This document shows positions 41,112-55,100 of a stretch of DNA of 64,000 nucleotides, in pieces. Every line of letters starts with the position of its first letter. Position 1 is the stretch's first letter. Source of the DNA: Lingula anatina (taxonomy: Eukaryota; Animalia; Brachiopoda); the NCBI GenBank assembly GCA_051362555.1, contig CM120646.1, positions 15,376,001 through 15,440,000 on the forward strand, given 5' to 3'. The notes beneath the pieces were generated by a model. The model made no database searches. It was not told where the DNA came from and worked only from the letters and a program-made list of their open reading frames with translations. A program made the translations under genes and the position numbers.

Positions 41112-41620
41112 AAAGCAACAAAGCAGACAAGGGAGACATAGGTAACAGTGGACTGTAGACTTGGGTGAGACACGTCACACCAAAACAGCTTTTAGAATCC
41201 CAAGAAGGACAGTACTCTGAAATATTCAAGGAAATTCTGTCGAAATGATCGTTACAAGATATTCTCATTGACAATTAAAAAGCATTTGAAAGCAAGGAGA
41301 AATCTAATGTTGCACAAACAGCACAATATACTTAGTCTATTAATAATTTAAGAATTAAATTTAATTGTTAAATGTGTTAAAATATGTTCAAATATGTCAG
41401 TTTGCTAAGGTAACATGACAGTGCTACATGTACTCTAATTTATGTAGACAGAACTTGCCACACAATATTACTGTGTTCTATAAACAATATTTAGGTGTTT
41501 GATTTGTGCAGATCTCTTATTTGCCGTGCTTTTAAGAATGAAATAATATAATAATATGCAAATTTGCATACAAATTCACAGAGTTGGCGACCTTGACTTA
41601 ACAAGGCCAAGGACACAGTA

Positions 41621-43208
41621 TTACCTTTCAGCAGTGTTCTGTAATGTGACCTTGACAAGGGCAAGCTGACAGGGAATGTATGCCTCTGCACTGTCATATT
41701 CTGCACATCTACAATAAGAAACATTATTAATGTCATTTATGTTTCCTTTGTGAATATATTAATTCCAGTATTGTTATAATTTCACATACTTCACATCTTA
41801 AGAAAACTATTTTTAACCTTAACTTCTCCTGCATACTATAATGAAAAACAGATGTGGCTATGTGGTTAAAAGACTTGTGGATGTAGAGAAAATATGCTAG
41901 AAAGGGAAAAGGCTGTGAAAAGTCCATGAAATTAAATCAATAAATAAATTACACCTTGTTTTAAATTTAATTTAATCCTTTGCAATATGTTTTTTTTTTT
42001 GCACAATTAAGATTAAATTTTTTGTTCCTAGCAGTATCTTTTTTGGCATTGGTCCTATGCACATATACATGCAAAGACACATAACAAAGAAAATTAAAGA
42101 AGTATTGTGAAAAAAATCGCATTCACTGCCATATGTTGTTGCAATGCACAGTTACCTTGAATACAGCTCGGACTGTAGAGCCAGCTTGTCTTGCTGTATA
42201 GATGGCGGTACCTGTAGTTCTCCCCAGACTTGCTGTGGTACCTCCACTCCCTCTGCCACCACTGCTGCTAGGTTAAATAAACCCTGGAAGTATACAGATA
42301 TATAACTATTATAGACATACACTGTTTCCAGTTTTATTTAAAACCTTATCAACCCCTTACATTATCTTGTCATTTAAAAATGTTTTACAGATATAAGAAG
42401 ATGCATTTTTTTCTTTTCTTACTGTAATCACATTATGAAGATTCCCCCAGAACCCATAGAATAACAAAAAGAGGAATAACAAAATTAATTCTTCCATGTG
42501 GCTAAAGAATAACAAATTGAAATTAATCCATACATGTGGATCTCTGGCTGCAGCCTTGCCATACATCAGAGCTGCAGCAGTGGTGTTCCTGGCCTCTTTA
42601 ATTCCATACCAGAAATAGTCGCCCATCTTGTTAAATGCTGAAATAAAACCAAAAACGAATTAGAGAATCATAACCTATACAATTAATGCTCAATCTTGAC
42701 TCTGAAATTGACAGATACCGTTACAGTATTTTTTTAAGTCAATGACATAATATCTTTTAAAAAAATTAGAACATTTCTATTGCATGGTAGCAGCAAAATT
42801 GAAAAGCAAGCTTCTCTATAATTCTTTTCTTATGCAGATAAAGCACCACAAATGCCACCCAGAAATAGAATTTTTGTGATTACAAAAATTATGTATCTTA
42901 AAGTTTGATAATTTTTGCCCATTGAAAAGACTGTGTCATTACCATGATACTGTACTTATATACTACCAATAGATGACAGCCAAAACTTTTTTGGTGCATT
43001 ATATATTAGGTTACCTAAGATAAGTAAATTAGTTGAATAATCCTTAGGTGTCCTTCATGTCATTCATTACAAAATGCCTGGATCTTAAAACATCCTAAAA
43101 ATCTGACAAGCTTGTTAAGAGACACTCACATACACATATTTAAAAACACAAATGTCATGCAAGTGCACACACATACATGCACACACACACACACATGTAA
43201 TGCACATT

Positions 43209-43268
<60 letters not shown>

Positions 43269-46073
43269 CACATACTTACCCACTGGGTCTACCGCATTCA
43301 CGGGCCTCTGTGTGGACAGGTTATAGTGTTTCCAGATACACTCCTCAGCTATGTATTTTTTCACATATTCTGGGTGGTCTTCTGCCAGCCAGGCAAAGTT
43401 GAAGTTTGCTGCCTCAATCCCAGTGTAAGCTGCCAGCAGGTAGTACAGCAATGCTATGTGTCTGGAGTGAAATATAGATATGATATGGTATTGACTATGG
43501 ACAGTGTTTAAATCTGAGAGAGAGAGAGAGAGAGAAAGTGCAAACAAAAGTGCTTAGATGAAATGAAAGACAGAATAAATATGAAGTAATATAATCACTG
43601 ACAGATGAACATCTGGGTTTTAAATAAGTAACATTTCATCTTTAGAAGTTAAACAAGAAAGCAAACAATCTCAACATCCCTATTTATTACTATCACTAGG
43701 AGATGGAGTTTAACACTGCCCATTTACCTGTCTTCATCCTTGTATGCTCTGAGAGCTCTTCTGAGCAATCTCCCAACAGCATTGCTTTTTTCTCCAAGAA
43801 ATTGGGCCCAGCTGCAATAAAAAGAAAATAAAATAATCAGTCCTATACCGATTAAGATGTGCTATGCTAAGTTTTACCTTTCTTTAACCTTCTTCAGAAT
43901 ACAGTAGAAAGGAGAAATAGTATGTTAGATTTTCATAATATAAATAATAAACAAACAAACAAATGAATTTCCACACAGTCTAAAAGCAAATTTTATCTGC
44001 CACATGTATCTGTCCCTACTTCCCCTGGCTACTTACATAGCAGCTTGATATGGGTTTCTATATAACCATGGGAACACCTTGTGATCTAGGTACTTACATA
44101 GCAGCTTGATATGGGTTCCTATATAAACATGGGAACACCTTGTGATCTAGGTACTTACATAGCAGCCTGATATGGGTTTCTATATAACCATGGGAACACC
44201 TTGTGATCTAGGTACTTACATAGCAGCCTGATATGGGTTTCTATATAACCATGGGAACACCTTGTGATCTAGGTACTTACATAGCAGCCTGATATGGGTT
44301 TCTATATAACCATGGGAACACCTTGTGATCTAGGTACTTACATAGCAGCCTGATATGAGTGTCTATCTAAACATGGGAACACCTTGTGATCTAGGTACTT
44401 ACATAGCAGCCTGATATGGGTTCCTGTCCAGTCCTGGAAAGCCCTTATGATAGAAGGTGGCCACCATCACCCCAGAGTCCAGGTGTCCCTGGTCAGCTGC
44501 CCACTCATAGTACTGGTAGGCTGTATACTGGAAAATAGAATGTCTCATTACAGTATCCTCTAAAGTATCACTGGCTGAGCTTTTTCAGAACACTTTTTTT
44601 TTTTGGTGTAGTTGAATCTGATAATATCTTACTAGCTACAAAGAGAGAATTACTTACCGCCTGCCTGTTACTTATTGCATTTATGTTCTGAAGAATCAAT
44701 ATTTCTATCTAAAATGTTGAAGGTGAGGTCAATTGGTCAAGTGCAGAAACCTTTATCACTGCCATTTAATTTTTTTTCAAATTGTCAAAAACACATATTT
44801 TCAATTTTAATTACAAATTAAATGATGATCACACATATATTCAATCACAACATGATTTGAATTAAGATCATCTTTAAAGAGATACAATCAGATATTTCAT
44901 TAGTTTTACCTTTCTCACAATTGTAAGTAGTGACAGATCAATAAATAGCATTGGAACTGAATACTCTCATGCATATTGTTGAACAGTTTGTGATATTACT
45001 ATAATTACTTATTATTGGACATGGATTTCACAAATTGTCCAATATACTAAATACAAGTTAGATATTCATTAAAAATTAATTATAAACCATAATTTACAAA
45101 CTTCAGCTTGTCATTCTGGGACACAAGTTAATATGATCTTCTAATATTCCTAGGATACCCATAGAATTACTAAAACCTTATCCAAAAAATTGTGCCATAA
45201 TTTTCTGAAATCAACTCCAAACACATTTCCCCAATACTAATAACCACACTTTAAAAAAGTCGAAAGAAGCCCATGCAATACACCGAACTTTCACCAAAAT
45301 CAACTCTCCCATCACCTAGACCCGTTTCAACCATTAACAGCTACATAATATGTGTACCTTTAATTAAATACATAACTCCTGAAACCAAAAAAGATGTAAA
45401 TCTATTTACCAAAATGTAAATTCACATAAAAGTTTTCCATATATTACCATTTTTATAATATTGATCCAATTCCAATTGCCTCCCAGTGCTTATCGATTAT
45501 AATAATAATATGTGAACATATCATGATCATATAAAATTACCTTTAATGTTTTCTTTACCTTTAAACAAAGATCTGTAAATGTGGACTACCACTTCAACAA
45601 TCATATATGGTTTAATTATGCTAATATTACCTTTTATCAATAATTCCGCATATGGAGAGATTCAATTTAGTTCAATTTAGCATTCAACTTAATTCAAAAA
45701 GTAATCAAAACTATAACATGAACAATGTCATTCATGAATATTATGATTACAACAATAGTCTAACCTTTTAATAAATAAACGCTTAAAAAAGCACACACAT
45801 AAATAAATAAATGCAAATAAATTAATTAAAAAACAAACTTACAAACAAACAAATAAATAAATAAATAAACAGCATCTAATATGAATACCTTATCTGCCCC
45901 TTTCCCTGGGAACTGTCCTGTGTGGTGGAGGTAGCCCAGGTTGTGACCCGCACTCACTGAGCCCAAGCTATACGCCTTCTCAAAGCACCTGGCTGACTCA
46001 TTTAGGTTGTCCTCAAAGTTCAGGTAATACCAGCCCAGGGCATTCCATGCATCTCCATGGTTCTTAAGAATAG

Positions 46074-46142
<69 letters not shown>

Positions 46143-49100
46143 TTTGAGTCTAAAATCCAAATTTGTTCCATAGACTTTCCAATAAAACATGCAAAAAATA
46201 ATAAAAAAAAGGCTAGTAAAATTGATTAAAACAGGGAAATAAATTAAAACAAACGATGTGAAAACTAAAATGTTACTTGATCCCCCCATTTAAAAAGTCA
46301 TTATTTATTCATAAAAACTCTATTCATATTTTAAAATCATGTAGAATGTAATAAATATAACCCAGTATCAAGGAGCATATCACGTATTACTAAATATTCC
46401 ACATGACAGAGACTAAGAAAGATAGGCAAAATAAATCAATCAATAAAATATATAAAACCTACTCAGCCACCATCAAAAATAGACTTAGGATGTGCTCACC
46501 ATTTCAGCAGATTTGTTGAGATTTTGAAGGGCTTGTGAAATATTCTTCTTAATTCCTAGGCCCTGAAAAAGTGATACCATGATTACAACACTTTTAGCAT
46601 AATACCTTCATCTGGAATACACTCGGCTATATAAAGACTGTAAATAAATAAGGAAACTTTGTCAATGGATCTGAACACATAACATGCAAACTGTGTGTGT
46701 GTTGTGTTGTATGTGTGTGCATGTGGGAATATCTTCTTTGCCTGCTTTTATGTGAACTTGCACATGTGTGTGCACATAGTCAAATCTATATACTTCATGA
46801 TCATAATATAATCCTTAAACAATATCTAATAAGATCTGAATACACCCGAACCACCTATTTAATACAGTACACCAGTCATACATTGATACAATAATTACTC
46901 AGTAAATTTGAGATAAATAAATAAATATCCACAAAGCAATGTTTCATTTCTTATATTTAGCAACACTTAATTATTCTGACTTAAATATTTTGAAAAGTAA
47001 GTTGGCTCTGTGTAGGAAAGAACATTTCAGAGGTATAACTATAAATGAAAAATCTTCTGCGAGAAATTAGAATATGTGAGGTGTTTGAAATTTCTATGTA
47101 ATTACCATACACACCTTTAACTGCAGAAGCCCATAATCAAAAAGGGCAATGGGGTCTCCCGCCTTCGCTGCCATGCGGTAGTACATGACTGCTTCCGTCA
47201 AGTTTCTGGTCACACCGTGTGAACCCCAGTACCGCAGCAGACCCAAGCGGCGCTGGAAGTAAGGAGCAAAAAAGAGACAGTGTAATTGAAGCTGAAGTGT
47301 AACATGATATCTTCCTGCTGTTAATTTGTATGTAAAACAGCAGAATATGTATAAGTTAGCATGTACAATTTAATCTAATTGAGAATGTCTCAACTCCATC
47401 TACCATAGAAAATGGTGAGGTATAATCTGTAATGTTTCTGGCATGAATAAACACACAGTACAGCAAACCTATGCATTAACTTGTAATTCATACATTGGGC
47501 TCAAGTAACTTTTTAAAACTTTTAATTCAAAGGTTTAAACTTAGCAAACAGCTCCAGAATATATAAAGCACAAATGATGATTAGCGATGCTAGAAATTTC
47601 ATACTTACCATAGCCCAGAGATCGCCTTGAGAAGCTTGATATTTGAGCCAGAGAAAAATGTCCCCGTCCTCCTCTGTTGTCTCGCTCACTTCAAAATCAT
47701 CATTCAGCCGAATGGGTTCTGTGTACACCTAGAAAATAAACATATATTTCATGGCATATTATGTACAGGTCTCCAGTTAGCCAGATAAGTTATGTGTGCA
47801 TGTGAATTGATGTATGTTTCACATGTTTATTACATAATTATACTATGACCAATTTGTCTTTGCAACTGGCATTGCCTTATTTCAAAGTTATTCAAAGTTA
47901 CTCAACTCAGTGTTTAAAAAAGTTTGCTTACATCCTCATGTGAATAGGATTCCTTGTCATCTTTGGTGATATCAGATATATGCTTGTAATATGCTGTAAA
48001 TGACAATTATGTACATTAATATTCATATCATATCATATCACACATACACCTGAATTCATTGCAACTTATCCAATGCTTATATGGGGGCACTAATTATAAC
48101 TGAGTAATGAAATTGTCAGAACTACTTGAAGGATCTGATATGATTCTTATTGTATGTTATATTGTAGTATACTTTGTAGGCTAGCAACACGTCGTATGGT
48201 ATGTGGGTTAGACCATTCGTGTAGTTTATACTTACTGTAGGCTAACTCTAGGTCATATGGTACATGGGTTAGACCATTCATGTGCTTATTTCCCATTGCT
48301 AAGAGACAAAGACGATGACCAGCTAACACACCTTGCCCAAGATGATACAGAGCCTGCAATTAAATTCAGAATGCCTCATGTACCACAAAAAAAGTTTTAA
48401 AAAATGCTGTCCTATAAGATTCAATGCTATTAACTAATTAGCCAAAGTTATTAAAATTTGACTGACTGTGAAAAAATTGAGCAAAGCCTCATATACATTT
48501 TACTGTTGATTTTTATAATACCTTTTGACATCTTAGTTTCAAATTAACTGCCAGTTCTTCAAGCAGTTCTTAAATCCTTGGCCTCCATTTCCCTCATATA
48601 TAAAACCCCTGTTCTCTCCCATCCCCATCCCCACACCAACAAGGTTATTCAGTTTGTGCTTCCAGATAACATGATAACTCATTTGTAATTCACTTGCATG
48701 TGACACATAAGCTAAAACACTTGCCTCATATTTGCTAGCATTAACTCCAACTCCATATGTGTAGATGGCAGATAAGGTAAAGCTGGCAGCGTGGTTTCCA
48801 TAGCAACTGGCTTGCTCCAGGAGGGTCACTGCATGTGGGGCATTGGAGAAACTCAACTCCTGTGCAAGGAAGAAACAGTTATTTAAGAACACTGAATAAT
48901 AAAAGGCTACACATATTATGATTATATTTTTGTTTCTGTATGCTACAGTCATGCTGAAATTTTTTTTAAACAGACAGACATGCATACCAGCAGTTATAAA
49001 AAATTTGCCAGACTGAAAGTCTTTTTGTCAGACTGCCTATTAATTCAGAATGGCATCTCTTCTTGCTTCTTTATAGTATTCACTCACTCTAACTGTAAAT

Positions 49101-52100
49101 AAGCTGACATTTAGAAAATGAATGTAGACAAAGTTTAAAGAAATTAAAATATCCCTCCAGGTGCAACACAACAACATTTTACCAATAATTCAAACAGGAG
49201 CTGATACTGAAGGAAATTTCTATTTAAAATGTTCTTTAAAAATCTATGACAGTCCTTTATACACTGTACCAGTATACTGAGTGCCTCTTCATACAAGACA
49301 AGACCAACATATTGTCTCGATTTGCGACCTGTCAGGATCATACTGGTTAGTAGCGCCCTCTCATGGTTGGAGAGGAGACCAGGTTGGCTGTACTGACTGC
49401 AGGTAGGAATGGTGTAGGGTTTGGTGACCAGGGGCACTGCAGGGCAACTTCCTGGAATTGTTATAAGGAATTTATGAAGAGAGTAGCTCTCTCACCTTGT
49501 CAAATATCTGATGTTATCACAGCAATCTGTCCATCTGTCTGTCAATTATTAATCAGTCTTTCTGATTTGGTTTACGTCCCTCTCTCTATTGGTCTATACC
49601 TAACATTTCCTAGGAATCCTTACAAAATACCACATCTAACATGATTTACTAATGATTCATTTAAGTCCTAAATTGGCCCTTGTCACCTTCACGCACCTTT
49701 CTGATTTAGTGTAGGGCCATACAAAATACCATATAATATTATGTATCAAAATCCAATCAATAAATCTGATAATTAATCAAATCCTTAATCAATGAAATGT
49801 AGGGTTTTAATATGTACTTTTCTTGTCAATGTGCCTCAGTTTGGTCATGTAGGCCAGGAGTAGGAGGAAATATCTGCTGTTGTGACCTTCACACCTGGCT
49901 TTATGGTTGTCTATCTCCCATCCAAGCTGGAAGGCAGGGTCAGTGTCTGGGAGATAGGGAATCTGGGAAGAAAGATAGTGTACACTCTAAATATAACTTG
50001 TAGAATCAAATTAAAAAAAAAAGAAAAATGCCAATTGCCAATAAAGTTAACACAGTTAACTGTTATATTTTATGAAGAAAAAATGGCAAACTAGGCTATT
50101 GTGATAATGTTGAACAAGATCCTACAGTTTGTATGTAATGCATACAAAAATGGGAAAGTGTCTAATTTTTAAAAGAAATTTGACAAGTAAGCATCTAAAT
50201 ATGAATGCCATTTTCACTTACTGACTCTTACATTTTCATAAAAATATTTAAACTTACTTTTGAAAAAATGGTGAAAATTCATCCTTTTCAAGAAACAATT
50301 AGTTTTCAACAGACAAATTTTCTAAAGATATTCAATGCAATAAGTCATGATTCTAAATTCATGAGGTATCTTGAAATAAATAAAATAAAATGCTCTCTGT
50401 TATCAGACGGTATTCCACTCACCTTACTAGATGGCACTGCTGTCCTCCTGTACCAGGTCACATGACCAAGAATTCCTTTGAAGCTGGGAATGGCGTCTGT
50501 TCCTCCAAAGTCAAAGGTGCCAGCTGTGTCACTGTATCTGAATTTCTGCTCTGGGGTATACCTTCATAAAATATATTAAAAATATAAACACTTAAAAACA
50601 CCATCATTCAAAGATTGCAAGGACATACATATGTCATTAAATATAACATCTTTATTTTTGAAGCACAGAATCTGCTGATTGTCTAAAATCAAGACCCTTT
50701 TCACAGTGAGTGGTACATTTAGGCTTCGTTCACATGGAAAGTCTATTTTCTAAAAATCTATTTTCCATTCGCGGTATCTTATGATCATGGTCTGTGCCCT
50801 GAATATCCCGCGGCGTAATTACTGGCAGCGCGAGTCAGTTACTTAAAGTAACTTATAGTAACTGGCTCGCGCTGCCAGTAATTACGCCGCGGGATATTCA
50901 GGGCACAGACCGTGATCATAAGACATACCGCGAATAGAAAATAGAATTTAGAAAATAGACATTGCATGTGAATGAAGCTTAAGAGATCAACAACTAAATA
51001 GTCTGGTTATTACCAATGAGAGTCAACTTAATGGAGTTTCCATGCTTGACATGCCATGTTAACTGGCTACATATTATAAGGTTCAAAACTGTAATATTTG
51101 CTACAACTTTTAGAAATGTTATTTATCATTGTATAATCCCTCTTTCACTGACAATTATCATTAAGTAAATAAGTTCATTTAATGCCTAGATTTAAAACTA
51201 ATAATAATCTATATAAAATATGTATATAGTCTTTAAAAAGAAACATAGTAGTTCACTGAGAGCACTAAAATGTAGAGAACGTTTCAAAAAAAAAAATCTC
51301 CATCTTCATTAAATTTGATATCAAGTGGATATTGATACAGATTGAGAACAACAAAATTATGTTCAATCAGCACTCCTTTTAAAGTACCACATCTCACAAT
51401 TCTACTATACATGTATTCCACAATATATCAATAAAATTACATATATACCACATAATACATATAATTCACTGGGCAAAGAAAATAAACATGCCCATTATTA
51501 TAATTGTGTTCCGATGTATACACACTTTATAATACTGCAGTATGTACTAAGGTTGTTTTGATGGAACTTCAACCATGCATGCCATATTGCATGTTCAGCC
51601 ACTGTCTATATATACATCTACAGTATAATATACATTTAGTCATCTCACAATGCAAACCCCACATATAGGGCTTGAAGTAAACACAGCTGGGACTGTCAAA
51701 GTGGGCAAACGGTAATTATTTCTTAAATTTGAACAAATTTAGTTAATATTATTCCATAAGTAGCAATTAATGCTTTGTTAGTGATAATAAAATTTCAAAA
51801 GATTTTAAAAGTAATAAGGCTTTGCTTTTGAAAGCACATTTCTCTGATAATGTGAAAGTCTGAACTTTCTAAGACATGACTATAAGCCAAGGCACAGTAC
51901 ATGCAATGCATGAGTCAATGTACAAGGAACACCTCACTTAGGGCCTGAAGTCAACTCAGGATGATCACAATGGACATATTTAAATAGCTGGTGGGTATCT
52001 GGGTCATGGAAATAGAAGAAAACACTACAAGAGAGTGTTACAAATATAGCAGCTGAAACTTGAGATAACTGGGTGGAACATGGTAATCAGTCGCATCTGT

Positions 52101-55100
52101 TTTCAAGGCTGATTTTTTAAGTTGTAAAGGCAGTTCACATTTAACTTGGCTGTGAGAGGGCAGTGAAGTTTTTATGATGTTCCAGGGTATATGTACCTAC
52201 CTACTAGAGGAGAATCCAGTAAGTATAGATGTTATCTACAGAAAGCTGCCTTATCATACTCATGTGCCGTGTTTATGGTTTATATTCAGGGATATGAGAC
52301 TGCCATTTAGTGAAAAAATAAGGTTGGGGCTCTATAGTTATAGGGAGTCACCTTGACCAATGATATCTTTGGCTCCCAAAGTTGGAAATCTTCCAATTCT
52401 CAAGATAATCTCATCCCTGTATATTTGAACATCATAATATTCTCAAAGTATTGAACAAAGGTGAGCACAATTTTTAAGTTCTTCAGAAATGAAAACTGTA
52501 AGTCCTTATAGCTTTTTTGCCAAACTAAGAATTATATCTGATTCAATTAAAGGGATAATAACTCTTCCTATGAGATCTATATTTCACAATAAAAACATTG
52601 TGAACAAAAAACAAAAAAACCAAACTGTTAAGAAAAAAACCAGGGTCTAACTTTGAATGTAAAAATGAATTCATTGACCATTGGTAAGTATGGGAAAATT
52701 GTTGTTTACTCCAGGAAAATTCATTTTTTGCCAAAACGAAGAGTTATTATCCCTTTAAAATTAAAGAAACTATCAAATGTTATTTAATAAATTATGGGAA
52801 CAATCACTCTGGGCTCACAATGGTATATTTTAATTTTTATCAATTGTTGAAAAATTTGATTAAAGGGATAATAACTCTTCGTATGATATCTTTATTTTAC
52901 AATAAAAACATTGTGAACAACTCATAGAAATATAATATATTCTGTTGTACCACAAAAACAGCAGTTATAGCTATTATTCTGATATCAGAGCTTGTCTTCA
53001 GATCACGTGACCTCCATTGATGGCTGTACTCTATTATAATCTCTTAAGAGATTTTAACAAAAAACCAAACTTTTTAGAAAAAAAACAGGGACTAACTTTG
53101 AATGTAAAAATGGATTCATTAACCATTGGTAAGTATGGGAAAATTGTTGTTTACTCCAGGAAAATTCATTTTTTGGCCAAAACGAAGAGTAATTATCCCT
53201 TTAAAGGAAAATAGTTTTAACATCTCTAAATAAGCTGAACAAGCACAGGTAGGGCATGCCCAGGTGATAACTGTATTTTCTGAATTATAGGTGGGGCTGA
53301 GAGAAAATGGAGTACCTGAGACGACTCTCAAATCTGACACTGCAGTATCTCCCCACTTTTCTTTATAACACAGAAAATATGTCCACCTCCTCAGAGGAGC
53401 CCTCACAATTCTGGTACAAAAAGATGAAAACCTTTTATCGAAGAGCAGACAAACACAGTCATGGATACATCACTTATGAAGAGTACATCAAAATGGCGGA
53501 TTACTTTGAAAAGACAGGACAGCTCAGTCCCGTCAAAGCACAACACCTGCGACGTGCTCTCGCACACACATGGCAGCACTGCTGGTGCCACGGAACCACG
53601 TGCGACCAAGTTACGGAGGAGGAATTCATATCCAACATGGCAGAATTTGTGAAGGGTGATAGGAGAGAAATAGTAACACTGGCCATGCCTTACATATATG
53701 AAGCTATTGATCTGAATAAAAATGGTGAGATTTCTGTGGACGAGTACAGGACATTTTTGTCAGGCCATGGTATTGACACAACCCATGCTGATGCTGCATT
53801 TGCTGCCATGGATACAAACAATGATAATGTGATCAGTAAAGAAGAGTTCCTTCATGCAGCAGAGGAGTTTTTTCTTTCAAATGAGGAAGGAGGAGTCAAC
53901 AGTCATTGTTTCTGGGGGGCTCTTATAGATTAAACTAATGCTTTTACCATCAGTGATGGACTCAAAGTGTAAGGTACAATGTATTTACCTCAATACCTTA
54001 CTGAAAAAATGACACTTATGACTTATTATTAAAGTCTTTCTCTTATAATACTTAAATACTTTTTTTAAGCCAATTAATTTTTTATTAAATCAAAAATTAA
54101 CTTATATGATTCTCAATTATTTTTTTAACATCTCCTTTGTGCTAAAATAAACATCAGCTATCACATAACATTTAGCTTTTGTTACTGCCAAACATTTCAC
54201 AACTAAAGATATTGTACAAAACCAAAATATGCACATATGCATAGCTAATTAACATATTGGTTAAGTCACTGGAAGTCACTTTAAAAACAAACCCTGTGAT
54301 TTGTACCTTTATAGATTACTCCAAGATTAGTACCCTCTACCAGGACCAAAAAAGTTCTTTTTTGCTAGACAATTCACAGATAATGTATGTTTTTGCACAT
54401 TTCTGGACTGTCCAGCAAAAAGTTTTGCACAGAACTGAAGTCATCACCTGTTTGGCATCTGGTAGAGAGGAGTTTACCAGCATTTTTATATCTAAATTAC
54501 CCACCACTTTAAGTGTTTTGGATTACTAAATCCAATGAATGTTTTGAATGTTTTTCAAACCTTGCCCAGACTCACCATAGTGATAAAAAGATAAGGAATA
54601 CCTTTGAAGTTCTTGAAACTCAACAATCTTATCATTTTTATCAGCACCCTGTTATGTTAAACACTGTAGCATTACATTTTAAGAGCATTTTGACAAAATT
54701 TTTAATGTGGTTAAAGATTCTCAATGGTGCATGTGATTTCATAAATTAACTGGCAAGCCAAACTGAATTATTAACTCACGTGTACTCAGTAAAGAAAACT
54801 TTCTCCCAGGTCCCTATGTTACTCCTACAGGTGGCTGTCAGATTCCACTGAAAACCAAAGAAATAAATGTTATCAAAAGTCGCTTGATATATTCTAATTA
54901 CCAACATAAAATGCTTCAGTAAATGGATATATATTCTAATGAAAAATTCAGAATGTGTTTAATTTTCATTCTGCACGTAATATCTAGATTTAAATGCCAA
55001 ACATAGAAGTAACTTTGAAGACATGTTGTACATATCACAGTTCACATTACTGCCTGTGACAATAAACAGAATCCTGAATCACAACTAAAAATCACATCAC

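Noticed and set aside
44030-44420. CRISPR-like array
   Set aside because: Units are contiguous near-identical repeats with no unique spacers, the context is eukaryotic, and there are no cas genes.
52352-52416. Extra SEL1L3 exon (DEIILRIGRFPTLGAKDIIGQ)
   Set aside because: It would change phase, and the flanking exons already join in frame with continuous homology.
53307-53378. Longer N-terminus from the ATG at 53307
   Set aside because: This stretch looks like an intron 3' end (pyrimidine tract + CAG), and the 184-aa form matches typical SCP length.
53379-53933. Aequorin-type photoprotein or luciferin-binding protein
   Set aside because: It belongs to the same broad EF-hand family, but I cannot verify coelenterazine-binding residues. 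The SCP/calexcitin-like call is more parsimonious.
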